NCBI RefSeq assembly: GCF_009914755.1
Contig: NC_060926.1
Length of the DNA: 64,000 nucleotides
Strand: one strand, 5' to 3'
Source: the human T2T-CHM13v2.0 reference genome, Homo sapiens
Positions 1 to 14,888 of this stretch are shown piece after piece; within the stretch, counting starts at the first letter, position 1, and every line of letters starts with the position of its first letter. The position numbers and the translations under genes are program-made. The notes under the pieces were generated by a model. It saw only the letters and a program-made list of their open reading frames with translations, had not been told where the DNA came from and made no database searches.

Positions 1-2422
1 ACTACCTGATGACCTCCTATGAGTATTGGAGTAATTGACTTAGCCAACACAAATAGGTGCGATATAGCCCATTTGACTCAAACCAAACATCAGTCATGTC
101 CTGCCTGAAATCTCTGGTTATTAAGACACTTGCCAAGTTGAGAAGCTGTCCCCTAAAACTGCACAGGACAATAATCATCAAGTGGTGTAGAATGCAATAA
201 TTGTTTACTTAATGGGAAAATATCTTTCAATGGCAGAAAGACTTAAAACTAAATATAGAAAATATTTGAGAGAATCAAATGTATGGTATTAATATCTTTG
301 AAATAAGAAATCTGTGCATGATTCTTTACATATATATGTATAACTCAAAATTTTAACTTGATAGAAACAACAGATTGGCCTCATAATTCCAATTTGAAGT
401 ATATTTTTAAGCAATTGAAAGACTCATGATTTTTAAGTAGACATCTTAGTAAAATTAAAAATATCAATGAAAAGCTTAAGATAATTCAAATTTCTGAATA
501 ATTATAAGTTTGATTCATCAAAATTTTAAGAGTTTTTTTTTTAATTATGGAGGTTTTAACCTAAACGTATGTATATTAACCTTAAAATATCGGTTTGAGG
601 TGTTAAGAGGAGTTTTCCTGTTTGTAAAGTAGATAGAACATTAGCCAAAGGCCCTTTTAAAGGTGATTGTTAAAATTTGCTAGATAATAATAATAATACA
701 TTTATGATTAACTTTTAAAAACCAAAGTAAACCTCCACAATGCTTTCCCATGCACAAGGCAGCCCTGCAAAACACACATTATTTAATGTGAACTAATCTC
801 TTTGCTAAGCTTTCTGCTTGTTTGCCTTTCCATTTGGCTTTTTTTCAAACCTCCTCGAAGATGCCTTCAGGCCTGGGGGTGGCAGGACAGAATCACTAGG
901 TGACACCCAAAGACCATGAAAAGAGTTGCCAGATGGATGAGCACTGTGAGGTTGGAGAGAGACAGGGAAGCTAGGAGAGAGGCAGGGAAGGCTTCGGAAG
1001 TCATCAGAAGCTTTTCAAGAGACTACAGACGACCCCTGGCTACAACTGGGGAAGGCCAAGTTTTATCCCTAAGTACACACTGTACCCGTCCACCTTTGGA
1101 TCCAGCTCCTGATGTTTGGTCTTATTATCTTCAATGATAAGGAATGAGGAGTCAGAGCGTGTTTCTCCCTGAAAGCCAGTGTGACTCCTTGTTTCTGAGA
1201 TTCTTTTGTTAGTCTTTGCTTGTTGAGGTTTTGTCTTTCCCTAAGGGTGAATTCCCTGGCACAATGGACCACTCCCAGCTCTATGCGGGTGCTTTAGCTG
1301 GCAAAAGAACTGAGGTTGAAATATGAGATTGACTTTCTGGGTGAGGTTCCTGTTTGTTCAAAGCCACCTCCTATCTTTCTCCTCTGAAGCCACCAAAGAA
1401 AACTCTGAAGATCCCGGAGTGACCCTTAATTAGCTCAGGAAGGAGGTACAGGGTAGCTGAAATAGAACTCCTTTCTTTTCTCTATAGCAAATACAGTCAG
1501 GGCCAAAAGCCTTTTATGGACTAATCATTTTTCCCTGGTTTGATCTATTATCTGGGTACATTGCAACAACTTTGCCTCTGTTCCTTTTAGACAAACAGCT
1601 AGGTTTTGAGTGAGTGATTTCTTTAGCTCCAGCAGCTACGATTTTGGGAGTGCCCAGCCATTATCTTCAAATGGCTATTCTCTTTCGTTTGGGGAAATGC
1701 AGTGGTAAAACATCAGAGCTGGTCCTGCGGAAATAACGAAGTGGCCAAGGTCATCGAAAGGATCTGGCCTGTTGTTCCTCTGCTTGCCCCTGCCCACCTC
1801 CAGGCCTCAACACCAACCTCCGCTTATCAAAATATGTTCGTAGGAAAATTCAGAACAAGCACGTTCCATTTTGGTATGTTAGATGTCTCAGAACACCAGC
1901 ATCTGAGCCAAGTTTGAGAAAAGTGAATTTCAGGCAGGAAAGTGGCTTAAAAGGGTTTTTTGGGGAAAGAGGGACTTCCCTCTCATACTAAGGACAGCCT
2001 TCCTAAAAGGAAATGCACAGATTAGCATACAAATTCAAACTAAAACAAAAATTGGTCTAAACTAGTATTTTGGCTGAACTTGAACTAACTCAGAGTGGTT
2101 ACTTTAAGTCCAAACTAAACACTAGAAAGCATTCTCTCAACAGTCTAGAATGTATCTTTAACCAAAGTTGAAAGAAATATGAGATTATGCCATCTTAGAT
2201 TTGCCACATGATTTTAAATTGCTTTTTTTTCGAGGCTTTCAATTGAAGCAATTGGACAAGTAGAAAGATTTAAAAAGTTTTTTTCTGGACATTTGGACAT
2301 ATGAAATATTTTCTCGGGATTAAGGGTAATCACACTTAAAATAATACTTACTTGTTACACTAACATTTTATCTTAATGATTCTCAACCTTCATTGTGGGT
2401 AGAAGAATCACTCACCTGGGGA

Positions 2423-3080
<658 letters not shown>

Positions 3081-4354
3081 AGGATCACCTGGGGAATTTA
3101 AAAGCTCAGATGTCTATACACCCTTCCGCCTTTCTCCTTCAAGTGATCTAGTTGATCTGTGCTGGAGCCCAGGAATCTACATTTTTGAGAACTACATCAA
3201 GTGTTTGATCTTGGGTAAACCAGAGTGTTTCATTTAGACTGCAGCACTCTGTAACCAATTCTAGTGTAAAGGCTCTTTTTCTGGGCCGGACCTGCGCTGC
3301 GTGACCCAGCCTCTGTTTCTCCCCTTGCCTGCCCTGCTTCCTCCCCGAGGAGCTAAGCCCTGTTGTGCTTGTTTCCTTGGTGTCTAATTTAATCCCTGGT
3401 TATGATTTATGTCCTTTGGGCAGGTGCTAATCACATGGGAAACAAATTCTCCCTTGCTGAGGCTTCAATGCTCCCAGAATAAGCTTTATACCCTTAAGAA
3501 AATGATCCATCTGAAACTGTCATGTGGATTTGATTATCACACTTCACACAAAAAAAGGCACATCTAAAAAAGCAATGGTATGATTAAAGTGTTATAGAAG
3601 GTTTCATAGGAGGTAGAATAAATAGGTTAGAATCTGTATATCTGGAAAGTTGAAAATTCCCTAGAGGTAAAACCACGGAGACCGACCAGTAGAACCAGGT
3701 GGTGCCGTGGAGATCATGAAGTGCTGGCACCTCACTCCAGAGACATTGCAAACACGTAGGTAAGAGCAAAACCAGCCTGGCCTTCTCTTCTTAAAAAACT
3801 CAAAAGACCTATTCCAGATTGGAAGAGATAGTTTTGGGAAGATAAAAGCAATACATTGCCCAACAAATTATGGATTAAATATAGGCAACTTATTACTAGC
3901 AATAAATCACCTAAAAGATTTTAAGAATATTCTTGAGACTTTAATGTATGTTGCACACATGATGAAATAATTAAGAAAAAATAAATGTATTCAGACTCAT
4001 CTCTAACATTTGAAAGAGACCAGGATTATGTCTTGCAAAGGGTTGTGTTTTTTTTTTGGTTTTTAATTGCTGATTTGCTAAAACCAGACTTTTCCTCTTG
4101 AAGTGGCTGGTAACACAAAGCCTCAGCACATCTGTAAAGCAGCATGCATCATAGAAGAAGCACAGTGTGGGGCTCTCTGGAAATTTCCAGTACAGTTGAG
4201 AGATAAAATACATCCATGAACAGAAAATAACACAACACAGCACAGCCAATAGAATGAGCTGTAGTTTGAGAGAGGAGCCCAACACCAGGAGAGGTCAATA
4301 TTCTTGTTAGCTTCCAGTGATAAAAATTAGCCTCCAGAGCCACATTTTGAACAG

Positions 4355-4500
4355 TTTTGTGCCTCAGTTCACTATAAAATACATATGATGATGACAGGAG
4401 TCACACCTACTTCATAAGGCTAAGATTCGATGTTAAGATTTGATTAATGTATGTAAAATGCATGACATCCAGTATAACAGCATAATGAATAATGAGATCT
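4355..4500 (+). mobile_element. MIR fragment
   Basis: gtgcctcagtt...acctacttcataagg...taatgtatgtaaaatgc resembles the MIR core. Confidence 0.5.
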
Positions 4501-4589
4501 TTGTTATCATTGTGCTTTTCCTTTTGAATTTTTTTTTACCACTCCACACACCTTTCTTTTAACTTTTGAACTCTTATTCACGCCTCAAA

Positions 4590-4810
4590 ACCTTACTCAA
4601 ATCACACCTCTCTCAGGAAGCTGGCCTTGATTGCCCAATTTGGTTTTGAAGTACAAGACTATCAGCTTTGATCACATAGTTTTTGGCCACCTCCTCTACA
4701 GTCAATGCTCTTTGAGGACAGAGAGCAAGAATCGTCTGTGTCCCCAGGCCCTAACAGTGTGCTTAACACGTAGTAGGTACCAAGCACATATTTCTTCATT
4801 AAATGAAATG
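4590..4810 (+). mobile_element. L2 3' end fragment
   Basis: tgtgtccccaggccctaacagtgtgcttaacacgtagtaggtac...atatttc..aaatgaa resembles the L2 3' terminus. Confidence 0.55.
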
Positions 4811-7057
4811 TCTTATCTTGAATAGGGAAGGTGGATTTTATACTAAATCTCAAAGTCCAGGCAGAATCTTAAAGGACAAAAATTGGAGGAGAACAAAGTC
4901 TGATGAGTGAAAAACTATGGTTTCCGCTTCTTTGGTAAAGTTGTGATTTCCTCCTCCTGCTAGTCCTTATTCTTCTGTTGGAAAATTTATTTCAGGAGTG
5001 CATTTTTGGTTTGGGTGTTGATGTCATGATTGTTACTCCCTCACCAAACTAATTTAAAGGGTCCCAACACAGAATTTCTACTTCATAGGTTACTATTGTC
5101 ATGAAATCCAATAATGAATGTTTGGGAGCATCACCACCCCATATGAATTCTCTGCATAGCACTTTCGTCAATTCAACACTTAACTCCTTTTCTGTCTTAT
5201 GCTTTGGATTTTGAGCCCCTTGAGTACAGAGACAGGATCTTATTCGCCACTAAATTGCACACCCAGAAGTGTGTAGTCAAAGTAGCTGCTGAGTAGATCC
5301 TGACTGATGGATTGAACGAATGGATGAATTGCTGGATAAGAGTGTATAATTTTATCAACAAAATAATTTATTTTCACTTCCCCAGCATGCCTTCTGCAAA
5401 CACATATTTCTCTCTTTGATTAGTCTGCTTTCTATAGCTGGTTAACCAACTGTACACAAATATCTGCCTGCTGATATTGTCCTCCCAAATTTTGTTTCAG
5501 GTGGTTCCTCCTTCACTTCAAAAGCTGACTAAATACCCAATATTGTCTCTCCACCTTACGTCACACAATAATTAGATAAACCTCTATTATAGCAAAGATT
5601 GCACGTTGCTTGACTTTTTTTTTTTTTATCTTTCCTGAGGTCTTAAGGAACTCATGATTTTATTCCTGAGCTTTGAATGGACTCATTCTTGATCACATGT
5701 ATGGCATAAACCTTTTCTATGTTGCTTCACTGATAATTTTAAATTATTAAACTAATATTTTTGGCATATTCAACATACCTGAATAATATCTTATATGTAG
5801 ATATAATTGCATAATGTATTGTGAGACATTTAGATTCAATTATGTTCCAAATAATTGAATTCAAAAGTATTTGGAAAATAATGTATATTCAAATAAATCT
5901 ATGTTCTTGTTCTATTTTCTGATTTTAATTTTTAAAAAGGATATTACACTCTGGAATTTTTCTTGACTTACAAATTGTCCTATAATTTTTTAAAATATGT
6001 TTTCCTCTTATAGCCTATAATATTAATATTAACAACACTGAGTATTATATTAATAGTGCTAGGTTGCTATTACTTAGAGTTTGAATGTTTTAAAGCTCTT
6101 ATAACTGTTGTCAAATTATTTTTCAAACATTATCTGCCAGTTTATGTGCTTCTCAGCAATGGGTAGATTTACTAGTTTCATTTTTATATTTCCCAATATT
6201 AGGCACCATGATATACTTTTTAAAATAATTTAGTAGAGGAAATAACATTTATTTTTGCTTTCATTTGCAACCTTTCACTATAAATGAACAATTTTCATCT
6301 TGCTTATACATTTTTATTTTCTTTTAGGTAAATTATCTTTTTTATATACTTTGTCCATAATGTAGTCAACTAATTTAGCAATTTTGGGTCATTAAAAATA
6401 ATCACCAGATTTCAATAAACTAAGTTTTTATAAGAATATTTTAAATTATACCAATTCTCATCATGCAGCTACTGTTTACCTAGCTTAAAGCTCATGTCAA
6501 TTAAAAGAGTAGCCATTTCATTTAAGAAGGAAGTTGTAAAACTCAAATCATGGACCTATACTCGTTGTGATGAGAACCAGTGAATATGGTGGATATTAAT
6601 GTCCCTGTATCAATCAGCACCTGCTATCAATTACAATCCAGGGCCGGGGAGGCCGGAGAGGTAGTTTCTGTTCTAGACTAAACCTAAGAGAAAGGGAGGC
6701 CACTTATCTCAGGTGAACACAAGGCTAATCAAACTCTGCTCTTTTCCCTATTTCACTTTTGTTTGCTTATTTAACCAGGCAAAAGTAGTTAACCACTCAG
6801 AGAAAACAGCTTCAACTCTGTTGACATAAAACTCATTTCACATGACCCACAGATAATTGTTGGCAGCCTTCAAAAGGGTACAAGCTCCTGCAACTACACC
6901 ATTTCCTCAAATCCAACTGCAGTAGCAGCCCTGCTTTCAGTCCATGCAATTTTTTTAAAGAGCAAAATGACCTTTTATTTGTCAGGCACTTTCCAATCAT
7001 TCATAAAATATCAGTTTTGGAGCCTAAGTTGATGACCACAGCTGAAGACATGCTAGA

Positions 7058-7224
7058 GCAATGGCGCTGTATCTTAGCTGCATATTGGACTCTTGTGGGA
7101 GCTTTAGAAGATATTGATGGCTACCTGTACCCCCACTTCCTTCAGGACTCTGATGTAATCGGCCTGGCATAAAGCCTAGGCATGGGGATTTGTAAAAGAC
7201 CTCCTAAGCTAGGTTGAGAAACAC
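7058..7224. mobile_element. MER5-like DNA transposon fragment
   Basis: cttagctgcatattgga...gggagcttt...tctgatgtaatcggcctgg...ggttgagaaacact. Confidence 0.5.
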
Positions 7225-8107
7225 TCACTGCTCTAGGGGAAGATAATGGATAGGGTTTGACTACTACCTGCTGCAGGTAGTTGCAATGATGAAAGATGAA
7301 TGATAACACATATTAGTTTATTTCTCAAAGGAAAAGATTCATGAGGATGTTCTTGTCTATTTGTTTGTTTGAAGAAATGCCTGCAAAATATCTAGAAATA
7401 TAGAATAGATTCAAATGATGCAAGTTAATCAGATTTAGGGGAGAAAAATAGTTCATGCTTGATACTTTACATAAATGCTGCTAAATTCTATTTGTGCATA
7501 TCAGCATGCCAAATCTAAATAGGATATTTAGATACTTTTGCCAACAATCTGATCCGTATTTATTGTTTTAGCATGTTTAACTCTATCCTTGTTTTATACT
7601 CCTTTTCATTGATGCCTAGACTGCCTCCTTTATACACTTTCTTATCCCCAATGCCTGGCAGTAGTGTCTGATAACATTCAGTAAATGGTTATTGACTGAA
7701 TGAATGAATTTTTCTTTATTGTTTTGCTGGCTGGATAGGCTGTTAGTAGTAGTAGTGCCACAGTGACCTCTGTTGATGAAACCAGGAAGTGCAGAGAGAA
7801 ACTCCTGAAAGAAAGGAGTTATTTCAATGACAGTCAAGTTGAGGTTGAAATGCGAACTGTGCCCAGTCTCAGAACTGAAGAGAAAATGATATGAAATGCG
7901 AATGTGTTCACAGCATATGGAGAGAGCAATAGCACCATTGGTCTTCCCAGCAAGTAGGCCAGCTCAGCATTTTTCTTAACAGCTTGTATGATTCTTTCTC
8001 CCCATGGTCATATGCCAGGGGCCCAAGCTTCAATTTGCTCTTTTAAATAATTTTACTAGCTTGTCATCATTAAAAACTTAAATATTTCATACCGTGCATT
8101 GATTTTC

Positions 8108-8233
8108 ACTTTTTGTAGAGCCTGAGTTTTGCCATGTTGCTCAGGCTGGTCTTCAATTCCTGGTCTCAAGCAATCCTCCTGCCTGGGCCTCCCAAAGTGC
8201 TGGAGTTACAGGTGTGAGCCACTGTACCTGGCC
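8108..8233 (-). mobile_element. Alu monomer (FLAM_C-like)
   Basis: Reverse-complement left-monomer sequence ending ...gtgagccactgtacctggcc, with a T-run on the left. Confidence 0.85.
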
Positions 8234-11228
8234 AAGGTGAATTGATTTTTTTTTAATAAATTACTCAAGGTGTTCTAATTAAGATATCTAAAAAAACTGC
8301 ACTCCATTTTAAAAGAAAAAATCATGGTGCTTTAGGGTAGGTTTTTAAAAACTGTTCTTGCTTTTTATTTTTATTCATACTTATTGTTTGCGTACTGATA
8401 CATGGAGCCATTGAGCTGGTACCTATCTCTCCAGTTCCCTGTCTCCTCTCATACTCCTAGTACTTGGTGTAAAATTTCGGGGGAAGAGACAATAAAAGAG
8501 GCAGACTTTGATAACTACTTAAGAAATTAAGTGCAAGAATACTTGATCCTATGAAAGAAGTAAAAACAGGAATATTGCCACCAAATAATAAGCACTGATA
8601 ATATAGGGGACCAGCCAGCTAAGAGTTAACTTTGAGACTCTATCACTAAACTGGGTGTTCCAGTTTCGAGACCTTTGCACCGACTGAATCAGTTAACTTT
8701 CTGCCTAATTAACTCAAGCTTCAGATGGGACTATATATACAACATCCCATATGGACTGTGAGCCTACTTCCCCATCTAATCAGAAGGTAGAAAACTGCTT
8801 ATCGGCATACAACTGATAACTTAGAGTTTAAAGAAAAAAAAAGCAGGTGAGGTATGTATTTGAATAGAAATGTCCTATTGATACAAATGTTACCTGAACA
8901 AAACAATGATGATTTTAGAGGTGGTAAGAAAGAAAGGAGTATATAACATGCCAGTTAAATCATTAAACCATCATCTCCTCTGAATGAAGAATAAAAACAC
9001 ACTGGATCCTCACTTCATTGCCATCTTTGGGGCTTTGGTCCTGTGACCACTTTCACGGTGGGCCTGTGTTGTAGGCCTCCAAATAGCAATAAATGAACCT
9101 TTAGCCATCAGTCCATGTTAGATGGAATTCAAAACAAAGAGTTCCATATCAAATTATCCAACTATTTTTATAAGACTCCAGGTTTAGTCTGTTTATTTTT
9201 CTTTACACACCCTGTCCCCAAAACTTTTGAAGAGTGCTAAAAATGATACAAAACCCAAGAAGATAACAATAATAAAGTAGAAGGAAGGAAACCAAAGATG
9301 GGGCCATAAAATGCAGCCAGTAAAGAGGTTAAGAATATGCATAACCATGGTACCTATGTGCATGCTTACACACGTAAGGACCACATATACTAAAAGCCAC
9401 ACTGCAGAGTAGCCTGGTCAAGAACTCCTTCACTAAGATAAAAACAAATAAATTTCACGGAAGACAACCAACTCTTCCTGGTATTAGACCAGAAAAAAGA
9501 AAAACATGCTTGTGTTCTTTGTGAAAAGAGAAACTATGCAGTACAATAAACAACGTCCTTAACAATATCATGATGTGAAGTTTCATGAGGCTTTTCCTGA
9601 AACTGCTCCTCTTGAGGAGGAGCCCAGTTAAATTTGAATTTCAGACAAACAAAGGAGACATACTTACAGTAAACAATTATTCATGGTTTATCTACGATTC
9701 AAATTTCAGTGGGCACTTGTAATTATATTTGCTAAATCTGCAACCAAGGATGAAAGCTTCGTATCAAAATGCAGATCCCTGCATCTGTGCATACATATAT
9801 CCCTGTTGAACATATACGACACCATGCAGGGACCAGCCCAGATCAGAGCTACAGCTTAGTGAGTTTAAGTACCTAGGGTAAAAAAAAATTCACCCACACT
9901 CAAAAATTAAAACACTTGATGAGAAAGCACTTTTGGGAGAGTTGAGGGCTGGTGGAAGTTCTATTTAAAAGTGCACGGAAATTGACTATTTTGTCAGGTC
10001 ATTACTGCTTACCTACAAACAATTTGTGGAACACTAGTGTTTTAGCTTGTTTACTTTTGTTTTTTTGGTGCCATATAAATGATGGGTCACTGACATAATT
10101 TAATACCTTAAATTATATATATAGTTAATATCTTAAAATAGAGCTTCTAACCAATATAATGGATTATGAGAACCTAGCAAGATATTCCAAATGCATTTTA
10201 AAGCATTAATTATTGATTTAAAAAAGGACAAAAATGACACTGCAAAAATTTTTACGTTTTTACTTTGAATGCTTTTGACTTGGCTGTATAATAATCAATA
10301 TCTCAAAGCTCATGAATATTTGTAAATGATTTAACTATTTAATAATTAGTTAATATTATTTATATTTACTAATATTAATTATCTAATTATCTAATATTAG
10401 ACATTAATATTAGATGACTGTTTATCTAACTAAACTATTTAGTAAAACATTTTCAAACTACATGTGGATACTTAGAAAATGTATTATCAAAGCCATTTAA
10501 TTTCCTTCCCCTTTGTAGACGAATTGCTCCTATCATGGTTAATTGTTAATATTAGGAAGAAAAATATAGCTACTTAGATCATCTAATAACTTATTCTGTT
10601 AATTTTAGTATGAAGCAGTTAAACTTTGCATTTTCTCAATGTAGTTACTTAAATACAAAATCAAGATTTAGGACTTAATTTTCTCTTTCCTCACATCCAA
10701 CTCAATACGTATTCTAAAGACAGTTTTAAAAATCTGAATCCCAAAATTTTGCATCTGTAATAAAATTGACTCCCTATACATTCAAAGTCAAAATTATTCC
10801 CTGATTTGATGTTCAAGAATTTTATAGAATTTGCTAAACAAAACAAAATATTTGATCATTCCTCACAGAACATAAATCCTGGCCATAACTTACTTGACAA
10901 TGTCCCTGTTGATGAACACACTTATTTTGTTTCTCACCTTTTGTTTTATAAATGATGAAGCCCAGCTCATCCCTGAAAATCTATTTTGCACATGTGTATT
11001 GGTATAGCTGTACATGGAGTCCTAGAAAGTCAATCCTGGGCTCAAATAGATTCCCCAGTTTTACGTTTAATAGAAATTGCCAAATTGCCCCCTAAATACA
11101 TTAGATCAATTTTCTGTCTAGCCACAGAATAAGAGAATGCTGTCCAGCATCCTTAGTAACAACATGGTTAGTAACTGAAGGTTTTAAATTTTTCCAGTTT
11201 TATAGGTAAAAGAAACAATATCTCCATC

Positions 11229-11521
11229 TTTTTTTTTTTTCTCCAGATAGTGTTTCTCTTTGTTGCTCAGGCTGGAGTGCAGTGGCACGATCTCGGCTCA
11301 CTGCAACCTCCTCCTCCCAGTTCAAGTGAGTCTCTCGCCTCAGCCTCCCAAGTAGCTGGGATGACAGGCATGCTCCACCACACCTGGCTAATTTTTTATA
11401 TTTTTGGTAGAGACGGGGTTCATGTTGGCCAGGCTGGTCTCGAACTCCGAACCTCAAGTGATCTCTCTGCCTCAGCCTCCCAAAGTGCTGGGATTACAGG
11501 TGTGAGCCACCATGCCTGGCC
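11229..11521 (-). mobile_element. Alu (AluS-like)
   Basis: Poly-T followed by reverse Alu body; TSD TCTCCATCTT at 11221-11230 and 11523-11532. Confidence 0.95.
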
Positions 11522-11569
11522 TTCTCCATCTTATATCAATTTGGAATTCATCAATTATGAATGCAGTTG

Positions 11570-12045
11570 CAGTTGATATTTGTCAATTTTCAGCTCCTGG
11601 CATTCATCCCCCTTGCTCAGCTCCCTCTCACACTTCCCACTGCTATGGGATCATCTTTCAAGGATGGCTGCATTGTGTGTTAGTGGGTAGGAGGTAGAGT
11701 CCAGCAAGACAGTGGATGCAATGTGGCTTACCCTTGGACAATATGACCCTCTTGTGGACACTGATTCTTTAAAGAGTGACCCAAGGGCGATGGCACAAGT
11801 TGGAGTCACAGTTGCTGCAGTGGCAGCTGCTGTGTAAGTGTGTGATGGCTGCTACATGAGTGTGTGGAGGCTACAGTGTGATGCTGTCTGTGGTCCTTGC
11901 AGCACAGTGCTCTAGAGCTCTGTGGCCCTGGTCTAGTTTGGAACATAATAAGCTGGTGTGCTCTGAGCCCCGGATACTTTTCCAATGCATTCAGTTCCTC
12001 TTTAAGATAATCAATGCATTCCTTCTCCTTGCAACCACAAATGCT
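11570..12045. mobile_element. Probable old MaLR (MLT1-like) LTR
   Basis: GC-richer block ending ...gctctgagccc...tttaagataatc...cttgcaacc, similar to MLT1 termini. Confidence 0.35.
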
Positions 12046-12410
12046 GCCACGATTATATAGAAGTTCATTATAATATTCCTCTAAATTGCAAAACCTTTAA
12101 ATAGTGACTCCTTCCAGTGCATGAAGATGATCTGATAATTGGTTTATCAAATTCCCAGGAATTCATCTATGGTAATAAGCAAAGTGAATCTAAATTTTAA
12201 AAGAACCATTAGAGTGAATGCAACTAGAGAACAGTCATATCAGCTCTCAGTAAGACTGGACATTTTTTAACAAAAAATGTTACACCATGACATACATTGG
12301 GAGGGACACACACAATACACAAATGGTGTTCAAGATTTCAAATACAGGACAGGGTCATGAGAACTAACATTTGTTGATCTCTGGCTTCCAAGACTAGAAA
12401 AAATAAAGAT

Positions 12411-12759
<349 letters not shown>

Positions 12760-13147
12760 TTAGTAACCAGCTAGCAAAAAGCAAAGTATTTGCTTCATTT
12801 GTATTTGGACTGTACCAAATACCAATACCTATGCTGAGTAAGTAGACGGCGCTCCCCATGGTCTGCTGTTCTGCCAGGTATAGAGCCCAGGCAGGAGCCA
12901 TCCAGTTCAAGGAAACCTGGAGTCCCATGAGTGCTGCTATTGTGCCATTAGTCAGGGGAGCGCCTTGTCAGCCTCTAGGGGCTCCCGACTACAGCGGACC
13001 ACGTTGAGCAACGTCTTGTTAGGTCACAGTTGTAGCCTCTTGTGTTCTACGTGCACTTCAGTATTCTTCACAAGGTAGCCCCAGGTCTTTGGAAGATTTC
13101 GCTGTGTCTACCTCAGGAACATTTGTAGCATTCATTGCACAAATTCC

Positions 13148-13281
13148 TTATGTATGCTATATAAGGGACTGTTCCTGTTTGTTATTGAGTTGTGTATAGG
13201 GAAAACCTATGCACACCTGTGTATAGGTTTTCCCTATACACAACTTAATAACCTTCCCTTATCACATGGTTGCATACATAA
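13148..13281. repeat. Long inverted repeat: 35-bp arms (13181-13215 / 13218-13252) plus outer stems
   Basis: Left arm GTTATTGAGTTGTGTATAGGGAAAACCTATGCACA vs reverse complement of right arm GTTATTAAGTTGTGTATAGGGAAAACCTATACACA: 33/35 identical, spacer CC. Confidence 0.95.
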
Positions 13282-13336
13282 CACAGCAGTTGCTGTATTA
13301 TGTTGAAGTGTAGTTTTGAACTTTGATTATTTCTCC

Positions 13337-13376
13337 CTTTCTCTCTGTCTCTCTCTCTCTCTCTTTCTCTCTCTCA
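13337..13376. repeat. (TC)n microsatellite
   Basis: Direct reading. Confidence 0.9.
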
Positions 13377-13419
13377 TCTATCTGTCTCTATATATGCATC
13401 CCTCCCTTTGGCCAAAGCA

Positions 13420-14350
13420 ATCTTTTAGTGATATATAATTTACCTAAAATAAAATGCATAGATGTTAAGATTTTGAGTATTTAGCCTGATTAGTTTTGTC
13501 AATTGTATACACTCATTTAATCACCACCCACAAGCAAATAGTGAGCATTTCCCAAACCCCAGAAAAACCTCTCATGCTCCTTTCTAGTCAATTCTGCAAC
13601 CTTCTCCCAAGAGAAAAACAGTATTTTAATTTCTGTCACATAGATGTGTTCTGGCTATACTGACCTTCATATGAATTGAATCATATGACTTTTCTGTTAT
13701 GTTTCTGAAGTTTATCCAAATTGGTGTGTGTGTCAGCAGATTGTTTCTTTTCACCGAGAAGTATTTTACTTTGACTCAGTGTGTATGAATGAACACACCA
13801 CAATTCATTGATCCACTCTCCTGTTGATGGGCATTTGAGTTGTCTCCAGTTTGAGACAATTATGAATGAGGCTGCCATGACATTTTTCTCTAAGCCTTTT
13901 TGTGGACATAGAGTCTTTCCTTCTCTTGAGTAATACCTAGGAGTGAAATCTCTGGGTCATGGAGTAAGTTTAACTTTATAAGAAATTGCAAAAGGCTTCT
14001 CCAATGTGGTTGGACATTGTTACCCTCCTACCAGCAATAGATGAGAGTTCCAGTTGCTTCACTTACAAACATTTAGCTTTGTCAGATATTTCTATAAGAG
14101 TCACAATACTGTATGTAAAACAGTATCTCACTGAGGTTTTAATTGGCATTTCCTGATGGTTAATGATGTTGAGCATCTTTTCATATGTTATTGGCTATTT
14201 GTATACCTTCTTTTGGGAAATATTTATCCAAGTCTAATAGTGTGGCCATTCTTAATTGGGTTTTTGTGTTTTTATTATTGTTTTCTCTGAGTTATGTATT
14301 TTGGATTCAAGTCTTTAGCCAGATATGTGTATTGCAATTTTTTTTTTCAA
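13420..14350 (-). mobile_element. Old L1 (L1MB/L1MC-like) 3' region
   Basis: Reverse ORF2-end peptide (WRQLKCPSTGEWINELW) and typical L1M 3' sequence. Confidence 0.75.
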
Positions 14351-14469
14351 AATGTCATTATCTCCTAAGGAAAAATGGCAAGTAAATGTCATAACCATTT
14401 TCTAGGGTAGCTAGGCCCAAATGATTAAAGTGACAGACCTATATGTCCGGGAATTGATTGACACAAGCT

Positions 14470-14888
14470 TTCTGTATAATAAACTACCCCAATCTTCAGT
14501 GGCTTAAAACAATAAGCGTTTATTTAGCCACCAGAGCGTGATTTGGTTGGGCTCAGCCAAAGCATCTTGGCTGGTGTAGCTCTGCTCCACGGTTTCACTC
14601 TCCTCCTGGGGGCAGCAGGTTACCACAGGCATAGTCTTCTCATGGCGTGGCTGAGGCACAAGAGAGCTAGCAGAAACATGCAAGTCCCCTTGAGTCCTAG
14701 ACTCAGAATGTCACAGTGTTACTTTCACATCAATCTATTGCCTCAAGCATGCCTCGAGGTTGAAACCAGGGTTAAGAGGTAGAGAAATATATCCTGCCCA
14801 CGGTGAGAGAGCTTTGCTAACTTACTTGAAAAATGGCATAGATACAGAAAGAAATGAAGAATGGGCAGTAATTAATGAAGTCTATCAC
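14470..14888. mobile_element. MaLR MLT1-type LTR
   Basis: aataaactacccc...cagtggcttaaaacaataagc.tttatt...gggctcagc...cacagtgttactttc..tctattg. Confidence 0.6.

Noticed and set aside
7263-7281. 19-bp palindrome ACTACCTGC-T-GCAGGTAGT
   Set aside because: 9-bp arms are short enough to arise by chance in 64 kb; no supporting context.
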